DNA of 64,000 bases from an uncultured Alphaproteobacteria bacterium (GTDB lineage Bacteria > Pseudomonadota > Alphaproteobacteria > Rs-D84), in NCBI GenBank assembly GCA_944389465.1, contig CALXML010000004.1, positions 14,578 through 78,577 on the forward strand, read 5' to 3'. Numbering within the stretch: the first letter of the stretch is position 1; each line of letters opens with the position of its first letter. Made by a program: the position numbers and the translations under genes. Below are positions 28,928 to 38,369 of the stretch, one piece after another. Below the pieces are notes generated by a model that was given only the letters and a program-made list of their open reading frames with translations, was not told the DNA's origin and made no database searches.

Positions 28928-29923
28928 ATGCTTACACGTATCATTATAAAATATTTTGATTTAATTGATAAAGTTCTGCCGGTTGGCGGGATAGTGCGTC
29001 GTTTTCCATATGCGATGGTATTTAAAACAACCAATTGGTGTTGGTATAAATGTGCGCACTGTTGTGAAAATGCCGGCCCAGACCAACCACACGAATACAT
29101 TCCATCTGATATAATTAAATATTATATACAACAGGGTATAAACGACCCCACCTTTTCGCAAGAGGTTGTCTTTACCGGTGGCGAAATAATGTCTGCGTAT
29201 AAATTTGGTGATGAAAATTACGTACGAAATTTGCTGGATTTTTGCGGTCAAAATAACATAGGTACAGATATTAAAACAAATGCTGGTTGGGTAAAAACGT
29301 CTTTTGCGCCACGTATATATGATGATTTGGCGGATATTATTTCAAACAATGCACCATACCAGTTTCAAATATCATTGTCTTTGGACAGGTTTCATCCAAA
29401 CAGTTTGGAAAACTGTGCACAGTTTATAAAGCAACTGTCACGACGGCCAAATATGCATACTGCGGTGCATTTATCCTCTTTTGGGGATGATGCGCATATG
29501 TATCCAGAATTATTAAAAACACTGATGCAGTTGGGCGTGCGTATTAACAGCGGGTTTGTGCAAAAAGGTAACAAAGTGACAGAGGTTGATATTGCCGGAA
29601 AACAATTGGTATTAAAACCTTCTGCTGATGCGGTATTATTCAGCAGTGGCCGCGCAAAAAATTTACCGAACGCCGCCCAGAACAGTTATCCACAATTTAA
29701 GTTTTTAACGCGTGATGCGCGTGTTTTAATGGCATTTGATTCATTTGGTCGGGTGACATTGGGGGAAAATGCGGATAAAAAAATATCTGCACAGTGGCGC
29801 GCAAGTAATGGCACGCCCCGCCCATTAAACCACATTCAATATGATTTAATAAAAAATGCACAGTGGCATGAAATACGCGCGCGCATATTTGACCATTTCA
29901 GCCCATTTGCAAAACAAAAATAA
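28928..29923 (+). CDS. Radical SAM-family protein of unknown function
   Basis: CWYKCAHC (CxxxCxxC), FTGGE, TNAGW, SLD.FH. Confidence 0.8.
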   Translation: MLTRIIIKYFDLIDKVLPVGGIVRRFPYAMVFKTTNWCWYKCAHCCENAGPDQPHEYIPSDIIKYYIQQGINDPTFSQEVVFTGGEIMSAYKFGDENYVRNLLDFCGQNNIGTDIKTNAGWVKTSFAPRIYDDLADIISNNAPYQFQISLSLDRFHPNSLENCAQFIKQLSRRPNMHTAVHLSSFGDDAHMYPELLKTLMQLGVRINSGFVQKGNKVTEVDIAGKQLVLKPSADAVLFSSGRAKNLPNAAQNSYPQFKFLTRDARVLMAFDSFGRVTLGENADKKISAQWRASNGTPRPLNHIQYDLIKNAQWHEIRARIFDHFSPFAKQK

Positions 29924-29926
29924 AAT

Positions 29927-29955
29927 AAAAAACACCGGCATTTGCCGGCGTTTTT
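29927..29955. terminator. Bidirectional terminator (CCGGCATTT family)
   Basis: AAAAACACCGGC-ATTT-GCCGGCGTTTTT between convergent genes. Confidence 0.8.
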
Positions 29956-30820
29956 ATGCTAAATTCATTCGGTGTTGCATTTCAATTAAAACAGGCACAT
30001 CAACGTTTAATGCCGCTGCGCGACGAATTAATCCATTTAATGCAAATATGCCCTCTACTGTGCCGGCGGGCGCATCCCCACGGGCAATGGCCATACCGCC
30101 CGCAAAATTACGACTGGTTGCGGATGTTGCAGACAGGAACAAATCCCCTATGCCGCATAAATCCAGAAAAGTTTGCATTTGTGCACCACATTTCAGACCG
30201 ATTTGCATAACTTCGTTCCATGCGCGGGTAAATATCAATGCGCGTTCATTTTCACCAGCCGCAGCAATGGAATTATATCCGCATATTAATGCAACAGCAT
30301 TTTTTCCAACCCCACAAATTTCCGTACCAACAACATCATTGCTGGGGTTTATGTGCAATAAATGTAACGCCGCCCTGCCCGCGTCAATTGCGCGTGCCGT
30401 GCCCGCCAGTGTTGAACCCGTTGGAATACCACGGGCAACTTCGGCTGCAAATTGTGGACCGGACAGTACGCCAAAATCGGTGACATTTGGTAACTCGTCG
30501 GCCATTATTTCTGACATAAAATTACCGGTTGTGTTTTCTGCACCCTTGGTACAAATGATAATAGGCTGGTTTTTGTATACATCCTTGGCCTTGTGCAAAG
30601 TTTCGCGAAAGAACGCCGCCGGTGTTACAATTAACCATGTTTCGCATTCCCCGATATTTGCCATATCATTGGTCAATGTAATGTTATCTGGCATTTGTAC
30701 GCCATCAAAATCCTTGTATCCACCATCATAAGACCATAAAACAACATCTGCGCCACCACGTGCGCAAATAATAGCCAGCGCAGTTCCCCACGCGCCTGCA
30801 CCAATTACACCAATTTTCAT
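29954..30820 (-). CDS. gpsA: NAD(P)H-dependent glycerol-3-phosphate dehydrogenase
   Basis: GAGAWGTALA, TKG.E, SGP.FA.E, KN..A, GIGDL, SRN. Confidence 0.93.
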   Translation of the reverse strand: MKIGVIGAGAWGTALAIICARGGADVVLWSYDGGYKDFDGVQMPDNITLTNDMANIGECETWLIVTPAAFFRETLHKAKDVYKNQPIIICTKGAENTTGNFMSEIMADELPNVTDFGVLSGPQFAAEVARGIPTGSTLAGTARAIDAGRAALHLLHINPSNDVVGTEICGVGKNAVALICGYNSIAAAGENERALIFTRAWNEVMQIGLKCGAQMQTFLDLCGIGDLFLSATSATSRNFAGGMAIARGDAPAGTVEGIFALNGLIRRAAALNVDVPVLIEMQHRMNLA

Positions 30821-32433
30821 TTTAAATCCCTTAATTTTTTACGAACCTGTGGGACGATAACCAATCCATCATCAGATAATTCAATTGCACGTGTGTACGC
30901 ATCGCGTGCCAGATTTTCGTCACCAGATGCAACATATAAATCACCCAGTTGTTCAAACAGTGATGAACATGTTGCAGAAACCTCGCCGACACGTTCCAAT
31001 ACATCCAATGCCGGTTCAATTCCTTCGCGTACAGTAATAACGCGGCCCAACGTATCCCATGCCATTATGCTGGTTGGGTCTTGCTTTACCAATGTCATTG
31101 CATAATCATATGCGTTTTCAATTTCACGCCCCTGTGCGGCCCAAATTTTGGCCTGTAAAGCCATAATTTCACCATCCAGCGGCATTATTTGTGATGCTTC
31201 GTGTAAATCGTTTTGTGCATCTTTTAAATCGTCAAACATATAATATATGTGCGCCCTGCTCTTCATAAAAAAAGCGCGCCCATATTCAGTTATGTTTTCA
31301 TCATCCAATGCCATATTTACAGTACGCAATGCTGCGCGACGGTTACCGTTTTGGACATTATATGCAATTAATTTATTTACCGCCGGCACAAACAGTGGAT
31401 TTTGTTTTACTGCCTTTTCCAGTGCCCCGATATCATTATTACTTTCTGCGATTTTCATCACTGCAAACAGATAAAAAGGACTGTCGGATGATATTTTTGA
31501 AAAATATTTTTCAAAATCGCCATGATTATTATAAAAGAATTGCCCCAGATAATAATTAATTGCATCACTGTTTTTGCCGAAATCAGGACTGCTGACCTGT
31601 GCAAAACGTAATAATAACATTGCCAAATCAGAATACATCATTATTTGTGTGTGTGATACGGTTTGCACCAAACTGAATGCCAATTCATTTTGAATGCCGG
31701 AAAACATTTCCCAATCAGGAACATCCGCATAATCCAGCATATACATTCCGCCCGCACGTGCGGTAAAATCATCGTGCAGTTTTTGTGCCGCATCATTCAG
31801 ATTATTATGTTTGTAAAAAGACATTACATACAAATAATCGCTGATATTCATAAAATCAACGCGTACCTTGGCAAAATATTCGGCGGCTTTATCAATATCA
31901 TCAGTTTCAGCATAAATTTGGCCGGTGATAAAGTTTTGCCATGCCTCGTTCGTGGGTAAATCCTTTATAAATTTAATGGCGTCTTTTTCTTTGCCAATTG
32001 CCACAGATGACCATATGCGCAACGGTGCGGCCAATGCAGATTCATCCTTTTTATGGCGTTGATACAAATCATCCCATTTGCCCTGTTGTGCCAAATAAGC
32101 ATCATAAATCAGGCGTGATGCGGTTGTTTTTTCCTCTTCCAGTACTATGACGCCATCTGGCATACGGCCACTTAAAAAATCGGCTAAAAATTTAGTTGAT
32201 TGTACAATTGAATAATCAACATCAGTTAATAAATTGGCGTATTTGGACGCACTGTCAAAATCATTAACGTAAATAGCATGTTGTGCAGCCAAAAAGTTAC
32301 CGTATTGAGTATCTGGATAAATATGTGTTTTTGACGTGTCGGCAATATGGCCGTGATACCATACAGCACCACCAATCACGGCAAGAACTGCAACCAATGC
32401 GACACCAATAAATAATGTTTGTGCTTTTTTCAT
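30817..32433 (-). CDS. Membrane-anchored TPR-repeat protein
   Basis: N-terminal TM; YG.FLAA; C-terminal TPRs (DTLG, EQLGDLY...A..AY.RA). Confidence 0.75.
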   Translation of the reverse strand: MKKAQTLFIGVALVAVLAVIGGAVWYHGHIADTSKTHIYPDTQYGNFLAAQHAIYVNDFDSASKYANLLTDVDYSIVQSTKFLADFLSGRMPDGVIVLEEEKTTASRLIYDAYLAQQGKWDDLYQRHKKDESALAAPLRIWSSVAIGKEKDAIKFIKDLPTNEAWQNFITGQIYAETDDIDKAAEYFAKVRVDFMNISDYLYVMSFYKHNNLNDAAQKLHDDFTARAGGMYMLDYADVPDWEMFSGIQNELAFSLVQTVSHTQIMMYSDLAMLLLRFAQVSSPDFGKNSDAINYYLGQFFYNNHGDFEKYFSKISSDSPFYLFAVMKIAESNNDIGALEKAVKQNPLFVPAVNKLIAYNVQNGNRRAALRTVNMALDDENITEYGRAFFMKSRAHIYYMFDDLKDAQNDLHEASQIMPLDGEIMALQAKIWAAQGREIENAYDYAMTLVKQDPTSIMAWDTLGRVITVREGIEPALDVLERVGEVSATCSSLFEQLGDLYVASGDENLARDAYTRAIELSDDGLVIVPQVRKKLRDLK

Positions 32434-32459
32434 ACCAAAAATATGCTACAATAATATTT

Positions 32460-33017
32460 ATGAATAATAAAGAGAAATTTGTCCGTTACGCACAAATGTT
32501 ACGTGATTGGTCGTCGCGTATGAATTTGGTCGCGCCCAGCACCCTGAATGATATAGAAAAACGTCATTTCGCGGACAGTGCCCAATTGGCCGATGTTTTG
32601 CCGGCAAATGCAAACGTTATTGATTTGGGCAGTGGGGCCGGATTCCCCGGTGTTGTTTTGGCAATATTGGGATGGCGTGTTACGTGTACGGAATCTATTG
32701 GCAAAAAGGTTGCATTCTTAAACGCCGTGCGTGATGAATTAAAATTGGATAATTTAACAATATATCATGGCCGGATTGAAAATTATATCGCCACCCTGCC
32801 CCACGATAACAAAACTGTATTTACCGCGCGTGCATTTGCACCACTGATAAAAATTTTAGATTACACCGCCAAAACACATTATCCACTTTATCTATTAAAA
32901 GGTCGGGAAATACCGGCTGAAATTGATGTTGCGCGTCGTAAATATAAATTTAGTTATAAATTAATTCCATCCAAAACCGGTGATGGGTATATAATTATTG
33001 TTCAAAAAGGCCGGTAA
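32460..33017 (+). CDS. rsmG: 16S rRNA m7G527 methyltransferase (GidB)
   Basis: MNLV, RHFADS, DLGSGAGFPG, TARAFA; ATG 32460. Confidence 0.95.
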   Translation: MNNKEKFVRYAQMLRDWSSRMNLVAPSTLNDIEKRHFADSAQLADVLPANANVIDLGSGAGFPGVVLAILGWRVTCTESIGKKVAFLNAVRDELKLDNLTIYHGRIENYIATLPHDNKTVFTARAFAPLIKILDYTAKTHYPLYLLKGREIPAEIDVARRKYKFSYKLIPSKTGDGYIIIVQKGR

Positions 33018-33031
33018 TTTCATATGAAATA
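33016..33031. promoter_or_regulatory. Candidate variant parS site 1
   Basis: AATTTCATATGAAATA (14-bp perfect palindrome). Confidence 0.6.
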
Positions 33032-33049
33032 ATAAATAACCATATGATA

Positions 33050-33976
33050 TTAGCGTGTTTTTACACTTGCAAATAAATATGCGTTTTTGCCGGTAATTTG
33101 TTGTATAACAGAATCTGTTGCATGCAGTAATTTTTCTTTTTGTGTTTGACTGGCATTATCCCATATGTTTACATCGCCGTTCAATGATTCAAATTGCCAC
33201 AGCGGCCCCCATAAATTAAATTCAGGATAAAAGCAAAGTGTTTGCTGTATTTTGCACATATCGTTTGTGATATACCGGTTCGGTATTGTGTGCAACATTG
33301 CTTCTTTGATTGTTGTTTTGTACAGTCCGCGATTTGTTTCAGCCAAAAATCGTTCTGTGGCGCATTGCATAATAATGTCCGCCAGTTTTGGGTTGTTGAA
33401 ATCCAGTGGCCATTTTAATTTATCACGTAATGCAATATTTGTGATTAAACGGTCCGCCTTTTTAATAAAAGGTTTACGTGTGGGAAACGCGTGCCCCGTT
33501 TGATAACGGTAATCCAGTGCCTCTATTATTTCGGCGGCGGGTGCAATAATTTCGTTTTGGCTGGCGATTCGTCCGCGGATAATGGGCGAATAATGCCAAA
33601 TGTTTTTTGTTAATATTGCTTTGCGGGCATGTTCAATCTCGTGCCGGCGTACCAGTGGTATTTGCAGATTATTTGTTTCACAGAAAGATATCGTTCGTTG
33701 GGTGGAACTGGCCGGCTTTAAATAATTGATTTTTATTATACCGTCATGTGGCATAAAAACACCGGCCGCAATAATTGTACGATTTGCCAGCATTTCATCC
33801 GTAATCAGAACTGTATCTGTTTGTGTGCGAATACTTGTATTAATATACTTTATATTTATACTGGTATTTACCGGCTTTTTCGTGTGTTTATTTCCGGTAA
33901 AATTATGTAAATATGCGCCCGTTCCAAAGCCCATAATAAACGTTGCTGTTAAAAAATAGAGTGTTTTGAAAGTCAT
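33050..33976 (-). CDS. Exported hypothetical protein with an HExxH motif
   Basis: N-terminal hydrophobic segment; RRHEIEH; start ATG 33976 preferred. Confidence 0.7.
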   Translation of the reverse strand: MTFKTLYFLTATFIMGFGTGAYLHNFTGNKHTKKPVNTSINIKYINTSIRTQTDTVLITDEMLANRTIIAAGVFMPHDGIIKINYLKPASSTQRTISFCETNNLQIPLVRRHEIEHARKAILTKNIWHYSPIIRGRIASQNEIIAPAAEIIEALDYRYQTGHAFPTRKPFIKKADRLITNIALRDKLKWPLDFNNPKLADIIMQCATERFLAETNRGLYKTTIKEAMLHTIPNRYITNDMCKIQQTLCFYPEFNLWGPLWQFESLNGDVNIWDNASQTQKEKLLHATDSVIQQITGKNAYLFASVKTR

Positions 33977-34018
33977 ACAGGTATAATAATCCAAAATATA
34001 TTTTTGTCAATCTGTTTG

Positions 34019-34034
34019 TATTTCATATGAAATA
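34019..34034. promoter_or_regulatory. Candidate variant parS site 2
   Basis: Perfect 16-bp palindrome TATTTCATATGAAATA about 120 bp upstream of parA. Confidence 0.62.
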
Positions 34035-34153
34035 ACATTTATTATATTGATAACAGTTGATTTTTTATTTTGTAAATATAATTGACTTGACCGAATCGGT
34101 GGATTTATTCTATTTATTGTAATGTTAAAGAATTAATTTAATGGACGGGATAA

Positions 34154-34927
34154 ATGGTACAAATTATTGCATTTGCAAATCAAAAGGGTGGGGTTGGTAA
34201 AACAACAACTGCCATAAATTTGGGTGCGTCGTTGGCCGCAATTAAAAAGCGCGTTTTGTTGGTTGATTTGGATTCACAGGGCAATGCCAGTACGGGGTTG
34301 GGCTTTGTGCGTGCCGCACATCCGCAAAGTGTGTACGGTGTAATTATGGGCACGGCGAATGCTGCTGATAATATTTTAACAACATCTGTGCCTGAATTGC
34401 ATTTGATGCCATCGTCAATGGCGTTGGCTGGGGCCGAAGTTGACCTGTTGGATATGGAACATCGTGAATACAGATTGCGTGATGCATTAATGCCACTGTA
34501 TGATTATTATGATTATATCTTGTTGGATTGTCCGCCGGCATTGGGATTTTTAACATTAAATGCGCTAACAACTGCAAACAATGTCATAATTCCGCTGCAG
34601 TGTGAATTTTTTGCACTGGAAGGTATCAGTCACTTAATAAATTCAATTCGTGAAATAAAGAACAAGTGGAATCCAGAACTGGAAATTTTGGGTGTTTTAT
34701 TAACAATGTATGATAAAAGATATGCATTAACCCGTGATGCAGAAAATGATGTTCGTAACACATTTGGGGATTCTGTTTTTAAAACAGTTGTGCCGCGTAA
34801 TGTTCGCGTGTCCGAAGCCCCCAGTCATGGCAAGCCTGCATTATTTTATGATTTTAATTCATCCGGCGCACAGGCATATTTGCGTGTCGCGACCGAGGTT
34901 GTTGAACGTTTAGAACAGGGGGATTAA
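34154..34927 (+). CDS. parA: Chromosome partitioning ATPase
   Basis: NQKGGVGKTTT, DLDSQGNAS, DCPP, QCEFFALEG, EAPSHG. Confidence 0.96.
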   Translation: MVQIIAFANQKGGVGKTTTAINLGASLAAIKKRVLLVDLDSQGNASTGLGFVRAAHPQSVYGVIMGTANAADNILTTSVPELHLMPSSMALAGAEVDLLDMEHREYRLRDALMPLYDYYDYILLDCPPALGFLTLNALTTANNVIIPLQCEFFALEGISHLINSIREIKNKWNPELEILGVLLTMYDKRYALTRDAENDVRNTFGDSVFKTVVPRNVRVSEAPSHGKPALFYDFNSSGAQAYLRVATEVVERLEQGD

Positions 34928-34930
34928 GAT

Positions 34931-35809
34931 ATGTCAAAATTTGGATTGGGACGTGGTTTGGCCGATTTAAAACAAGAAATGGGAAATATCCCAGATATAT
35001 CCATATTAACCGGTGCTGAACGTGTTGTTGTAAAGCAAATACCCTTGGCGCAAATTGGGGCAAATCCGGACCAGCCACGTAAAACATTTACTGAATCAGA
35101 ATTGTCTGATTTGGCGGCATCTATTAAGGAAAAGGGCGTTTTACAACCGATTTTATTACGTGCGGTCAGTGGGCGTCCATATATGTATGAAATCGTTGCG
35201 GGTGAACGTCGTTGGCGGGCCAGTAAATTGGCGGGGCTGACCGAAATTCCGGCGTTGGTAAAGCAGTTAACAAATGAAAATGCAATGGAAATTGCATTGA
35301 TTGAAAATGTACAGCGCGAAAATTTAAACCCAATAGAGGAATCAAATGCGTATAAAAATCTGATGGAAAAATGCGGTTACGAATTGTCCGATGTTTCGCG
35401 TTTAATTGGTAAATCAGAAAGTTATATCAGAAACATTATGCGTTTGGATTCTTTGCCGGCGGATGTAAAGCATATGGTGGAGCAGGGCGATATATCCGCA
35501 TCACACGCGCGCACAATTGCCGTGGCGGAAAATCCGACTGAATTGGCGCATAAAATTATTGATAATAATTTGTCTGTTGCGGAAACAGAAAAAATGGTTC
35601 GTGACACTGCACGCCGCCAAACCAGTCGCGCATACAATGCCAAAACAATAGACGCACAAACGGTGCATGACATTGAATCAAAAATATCAACAGTATTGGG
35701 CGTGAATGCCAAACTGCGTGAAAAGCGGGGCGGGGCAGGGCAAATAATTTTAAATTTTGCCACACGTATGCAATTGCATGATTTGGTTGAAAAATTAACC
35801 AGCAAATAA
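34931..35809 (+). CDS. parB: Chromosome partitioning protein ParB
   Basis: GLGRGL, QPRK, GVLQPI, AGERRWRA, ENVQRENL, HTH. Confidence 0.96.
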   Translation: MSKFGLGRGLADLKQEMGNIPDISILTGAERVVVKQIPLAQIGANPDQPRKTFTESELSDLAASIKEKGVLQPILLRAVSGRPYMYEIVAGERRWRASKLAGLTEIPALVKQLTNENAMEIALIENVQRENLNPIEESNAYKNLMEKCGYELSDVSRLIGKSESYIRNIMRLDSLPADVKHMVEQGDISASHARTIAVAENPTELAHKIIDNNLSVAETEKMVRDTARRQTSRAYNAKTIDAQTVHDIESKISTVLGVNAKLREKRGGAGQIILNFATRMQLHDLVEKLTSK

Positions 35810-35814
35810 TATAT

Positions 35815-35902
35815 AAAAATGCCGGCATTTACCGGCATTTTTATTGATACAGGAAATCGGATAAAAAATAACAAAAAAACACCGGCAATTGCCGGTGTTT
35901 TT
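35815..35902. terminator. Two terminators of the CCGGCA(T/A)TT family between parB and pal
   Basis: AAAATGCCGGCATTTACCGGCATTTT and AAAAACACCGGCAATTGCCGGTGTTTTT. Confidence 0.8.
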
Positions 35903-35921
35903 TGTATATATTTTACAACAA

Positions 35922-36338
35922 TTATTTAACTGTTGTTGTGGCGTTACGGTTATATTTCCAAACTTCTTCACCAGTACCCTTGACCAATGGGCGTTCTTTA
36001 CCGTATGAAATTGTGGAAATACGTGCGGAATCAATACCGTCGTTAACCAATACTTCCTTGGCTGCGTTTGCACGACGTGCGCCCAAAGCCAAGTTGTATT
36101 CTGTTGAACCACGTTCGTCGCAGTTACCAGCAATTTGGATTTTAACATCTTCGTGATTCTTCATATACAGTGCCTGACCCAACAGGTTGTCACGTGCATC
36201 ATCAGAAATTTCAGATGAATTAAACGCAAAGAATACGCGTTGTTCATTCAAATCAGCCGGTTCAACGATTGTAGAACCACCACAGGCGGCCAACAAACCT
36301 GCAACCCCAGCCAACATAGCAAAGTTTTTTATTTTCAT
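35922..36338 (-). CDS. pal: Peptidoglycan-associated lipoprotein (OmpA domain)
   Basis: LAAC lipobox, GNCDERGSTEYNLALG.RRA, SYGKERP. Confidence 0.92.
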   Translation of the reverse strand: MKIKNFAMLAGVAGLLAACGGSTIVEPADLNEQRVFFAFNSSEISDDARDNLLGQALYMKNHEDVKIQIAGNCDERGSTEYNLALGARRANAAKEVLVNDGIDSARISTISYGKERPLVKGTGEEVWKYNRNATTTVK

Positions 36339-36416
36339 GAAAATACTCCCTTGAGTTTCTGTTACTCGTGTTCTATTTTAGAATAAAAGGTTTGAAAAAT
36401 CAAGGGAAAAGGCTTT

Positions 36417-37214
36417 ATGAACAACTGTGATTTAAGTGATTTAGTATTATCGGGTGTGCAATGGGAAATATCAGATACACCATTGATGTTGGCGGCCGCA
36501 ACGCGCGCCGCAACCGTATCTGGGGCGGGGCAAACATCTGGGCCGCATCAAACCGCCACAACCACTGGTAATGTGGGGCGTACACAAACATCAATTGTGC
36601 CACCAATTGCGCCACAACAGGCCATTTCCATTGAAACAGTTAAATCAATGGCGGCGCGTCCTGCGAATATGTCTGCGTTGTGCAGAATGATTTCTGAATT
36701 TAATCATCCTTTGCGGGGTGGGGCAACAAATGTTGTTTTGCCGCATATTGCGCCAAACCCGAATGGTTTAGTTATTATAACAGACATCCCCAGTGGGGAT
36801 GATGATGCGTCTGGCGCAATTTTATCGGGTGCGGCGGGCGAATTATTGGATAAAATGTTGACGGCAATAGGATTGTCGCGTGAAAACGTGTCCATTGTGC
36901 CACTGGTATTTTGGCGCACCCCCGGCGGACGCACACCAACACGTGCAGAACTGGATTTGGCACATCCATTTGTGGCCAGAATATTGGAAATGTTAAATCC
37001 GCGCTTTGTTTTAACACTGGGCACATTGGCGGCGTCTGAAACAGCAAATGTTCAACTGCCACGTGCGCATGGTATGACAACGGTTTTGGAAAATGGTGTA
37101 ACAGTAATGCCAATTTATCATCCGAATTATTTGATGCTGAAACCGGCTGCCAAACGCGATGCATGGACCGCATTGCAAATATTGCAAAATTTGTTGAAAA
37201 GTGTTGACAAATAG
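36417..37214 (+). CDS. Family-4 uracil-DNA-glycosylase-like protein with degenerate motifs
   Basis: G.AG.LLDKML, R.PGGRTP, YHP.YL...K..AW. Confidence 0.8.
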   Translation: MNNCDLSDLVLSGVQWEISDTPLMLAAATRAATVSGAGQTSGPHQTATTTGNVGRTQTSIVPPIAPQQAISIETVKSMAARPANMSALCRMISEFNHPLRGGATNVVLPHIAPNPNGLVIITDIPSGDDDASGAILSGAAGELLDKMLTAIGLSRENVSIVPLVFWRTPGGRTPTRAELDLAHPFVARILEMLNPRFVLTLGTLAASETANVQLPRAHGMTTVLENGVTVMPIYHPNYLMLKPAAKRDAWTALQILQNLLKSVDK

Positions 37215-37251
37215 ATAATAATTTTACGTAAGTTATTAAAAGGAGTATACA

Positions 37252-37806
37252 ATTAAACCGCAATTTAACCGTGATAATCGTCGGGATACGGGACCGCGCA
37301 TAAACAATCGGATTTTTGCAAAATCTGTTCAGGTAATTGATGAAAACGGCCAAAATTTGGGCGTAATGCCAACATCTAATGCGTTACAGATGGCGGCGGA
37401 CGCGGGATTGGATTTGGTGGAAATCAGTTCAAATGGCACAACGCCAATTGCCAAAATAATGGATTATGGTAAATATAAATACGAACAGAAAAAACGTGCG
37501 TCCGAGGCCCGAAAAAATCAAAAAACAGTTGAAATGAAAGAGGTTTGGGTTAAACCGTTCATAGAAGAAAATGACCTGAACATCAAAATGAAGAAAGTGT
37601 TTGAATTTCTGGGCGACGGTAACAAGGTAAAGGTTGCAGTTATGACCCGTGGTTCAAAAAAAGTTCTGGCACGTGGCAAGGATGCAGTCCCAGAATTATT
37701 TGCCCGCATTATGGAAATTGTTGGCGACCGTGGGACATTGGAATCTAAATCCAAGCCAGACGAACGAACAAAATCAATAATAATTGCACCAACCCGTGCA
37801 AAATAA
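37252..37806 (+). CDS. infC: Translation initiation factor IF-3 (ATT start)
   Basis: PRINNRI, GLDLVEI, KIMDYGKYKYE; AGGAG RBS at 37241-37245 with in-frame ATT at 37252. Confidence 0.95.
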   Translation: MKPQFNRDNRRDTGPRINNRIFAKSVQVIDENGQNLGVMPTSNALQMAADAGLDLVEISSNGTTPIAKIMDYGKYKYEQKKRASEARKNQKTVEMKEVWVKPFIEENDLNIKMKKVFEFLGDGNKVKVAVMTRGSKKVLARGKDAVPELFARIMEIVGDRGTLESKSKPDERTKSIIIAPTRAK

Positions 37807-37861
37807 TAACTGGGGCGCTTGCCCCGTTTTTGTTACTGGTAATTCGTGATTTTTTTATGCA

Positions 37862-37947
37862 TGTGTCGCTCGGGTACTGCGTACCCTGTGCGTATTCTCG
37901 GTATTTGTTCAAACCGCGCTGTCGCTTGTTTTCACATACTCGGATTC
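37862..37947 (-). repeat. Structured dispersed repeat, homologous to 46621-46700
   Basis: Shared blocks GAATCCGAGTAT, CAAGCGAC(A)GCGC, GAG.ATAC. Confidence 0.7.
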
Positions 37948-38051
37948 ATTGCGAGCAAAGCGAAGCAATCCAGTTAATATAAACTTATTTGCGTCAGCAA
38001 ATACATTACTATAGATTGCCACGGTCGGGCTGCGCCCTCCCTCGCAATGAC
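37946..38051. repeat. REP/RPE-like palindromic element
   Basis: TCATTGCGAG..GAAGCAATC ... GATTGCCAC...CTCGCAATGA terminal inverted repeats. Confidence 0.8.
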
Positions 38052-38079
38052 AAGGGGGGGGGGACACAGTATGACGTGC

Positions 38080-38358
38080 TTATTCCAGTGGACAGGCGAC
38101 AGTATATTCGTATGTTCCAGATTCGTCAATATATTGGGTGTTTGCCGGTGCATACATAATGCATGAACCGGCGGGTGACGCCACCAAACAACTGTCCGCC
38201 GTACCGGTGGATGTATATCCGGTGGGACACGAACCGTCCGCAATTGTCATATATTCTTCTTCTATCGCGACATAACCCGATGGGCACGATGTGGACGGTG
38301 CGATGGCAAATGCACCAACCGGCGTAATTACCATAATTAAAACCGATATTCGTTTCAT
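38080..38358 (-). CDS. Small secreted Cys-rich protein (92 aa)
   Basis: Signal peptide ending AFA; two SCP(S/T)GY repeats; C-terminal DESGTYEY...C; G7 RBS. Confidence 0.82.
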   Translation of the reverse strand: MKRISVLIMVITPVGAFAIAPSTSCPSGYVAIEEEYMTIADGSCPTGYTSTGTADSCLVASPAGSCIMYAPANTQYIDESGTYEYTVACPLE

Positions 38359-38369
38359 ATCCCCCCCGT

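Noticed and set aside
33977-34153. oriC in the AT-rich gap before parA
   Set aside because: No DnaA-box cluster seen; the only TTATCCACA noticed is inside the radical SAM gene near 29685
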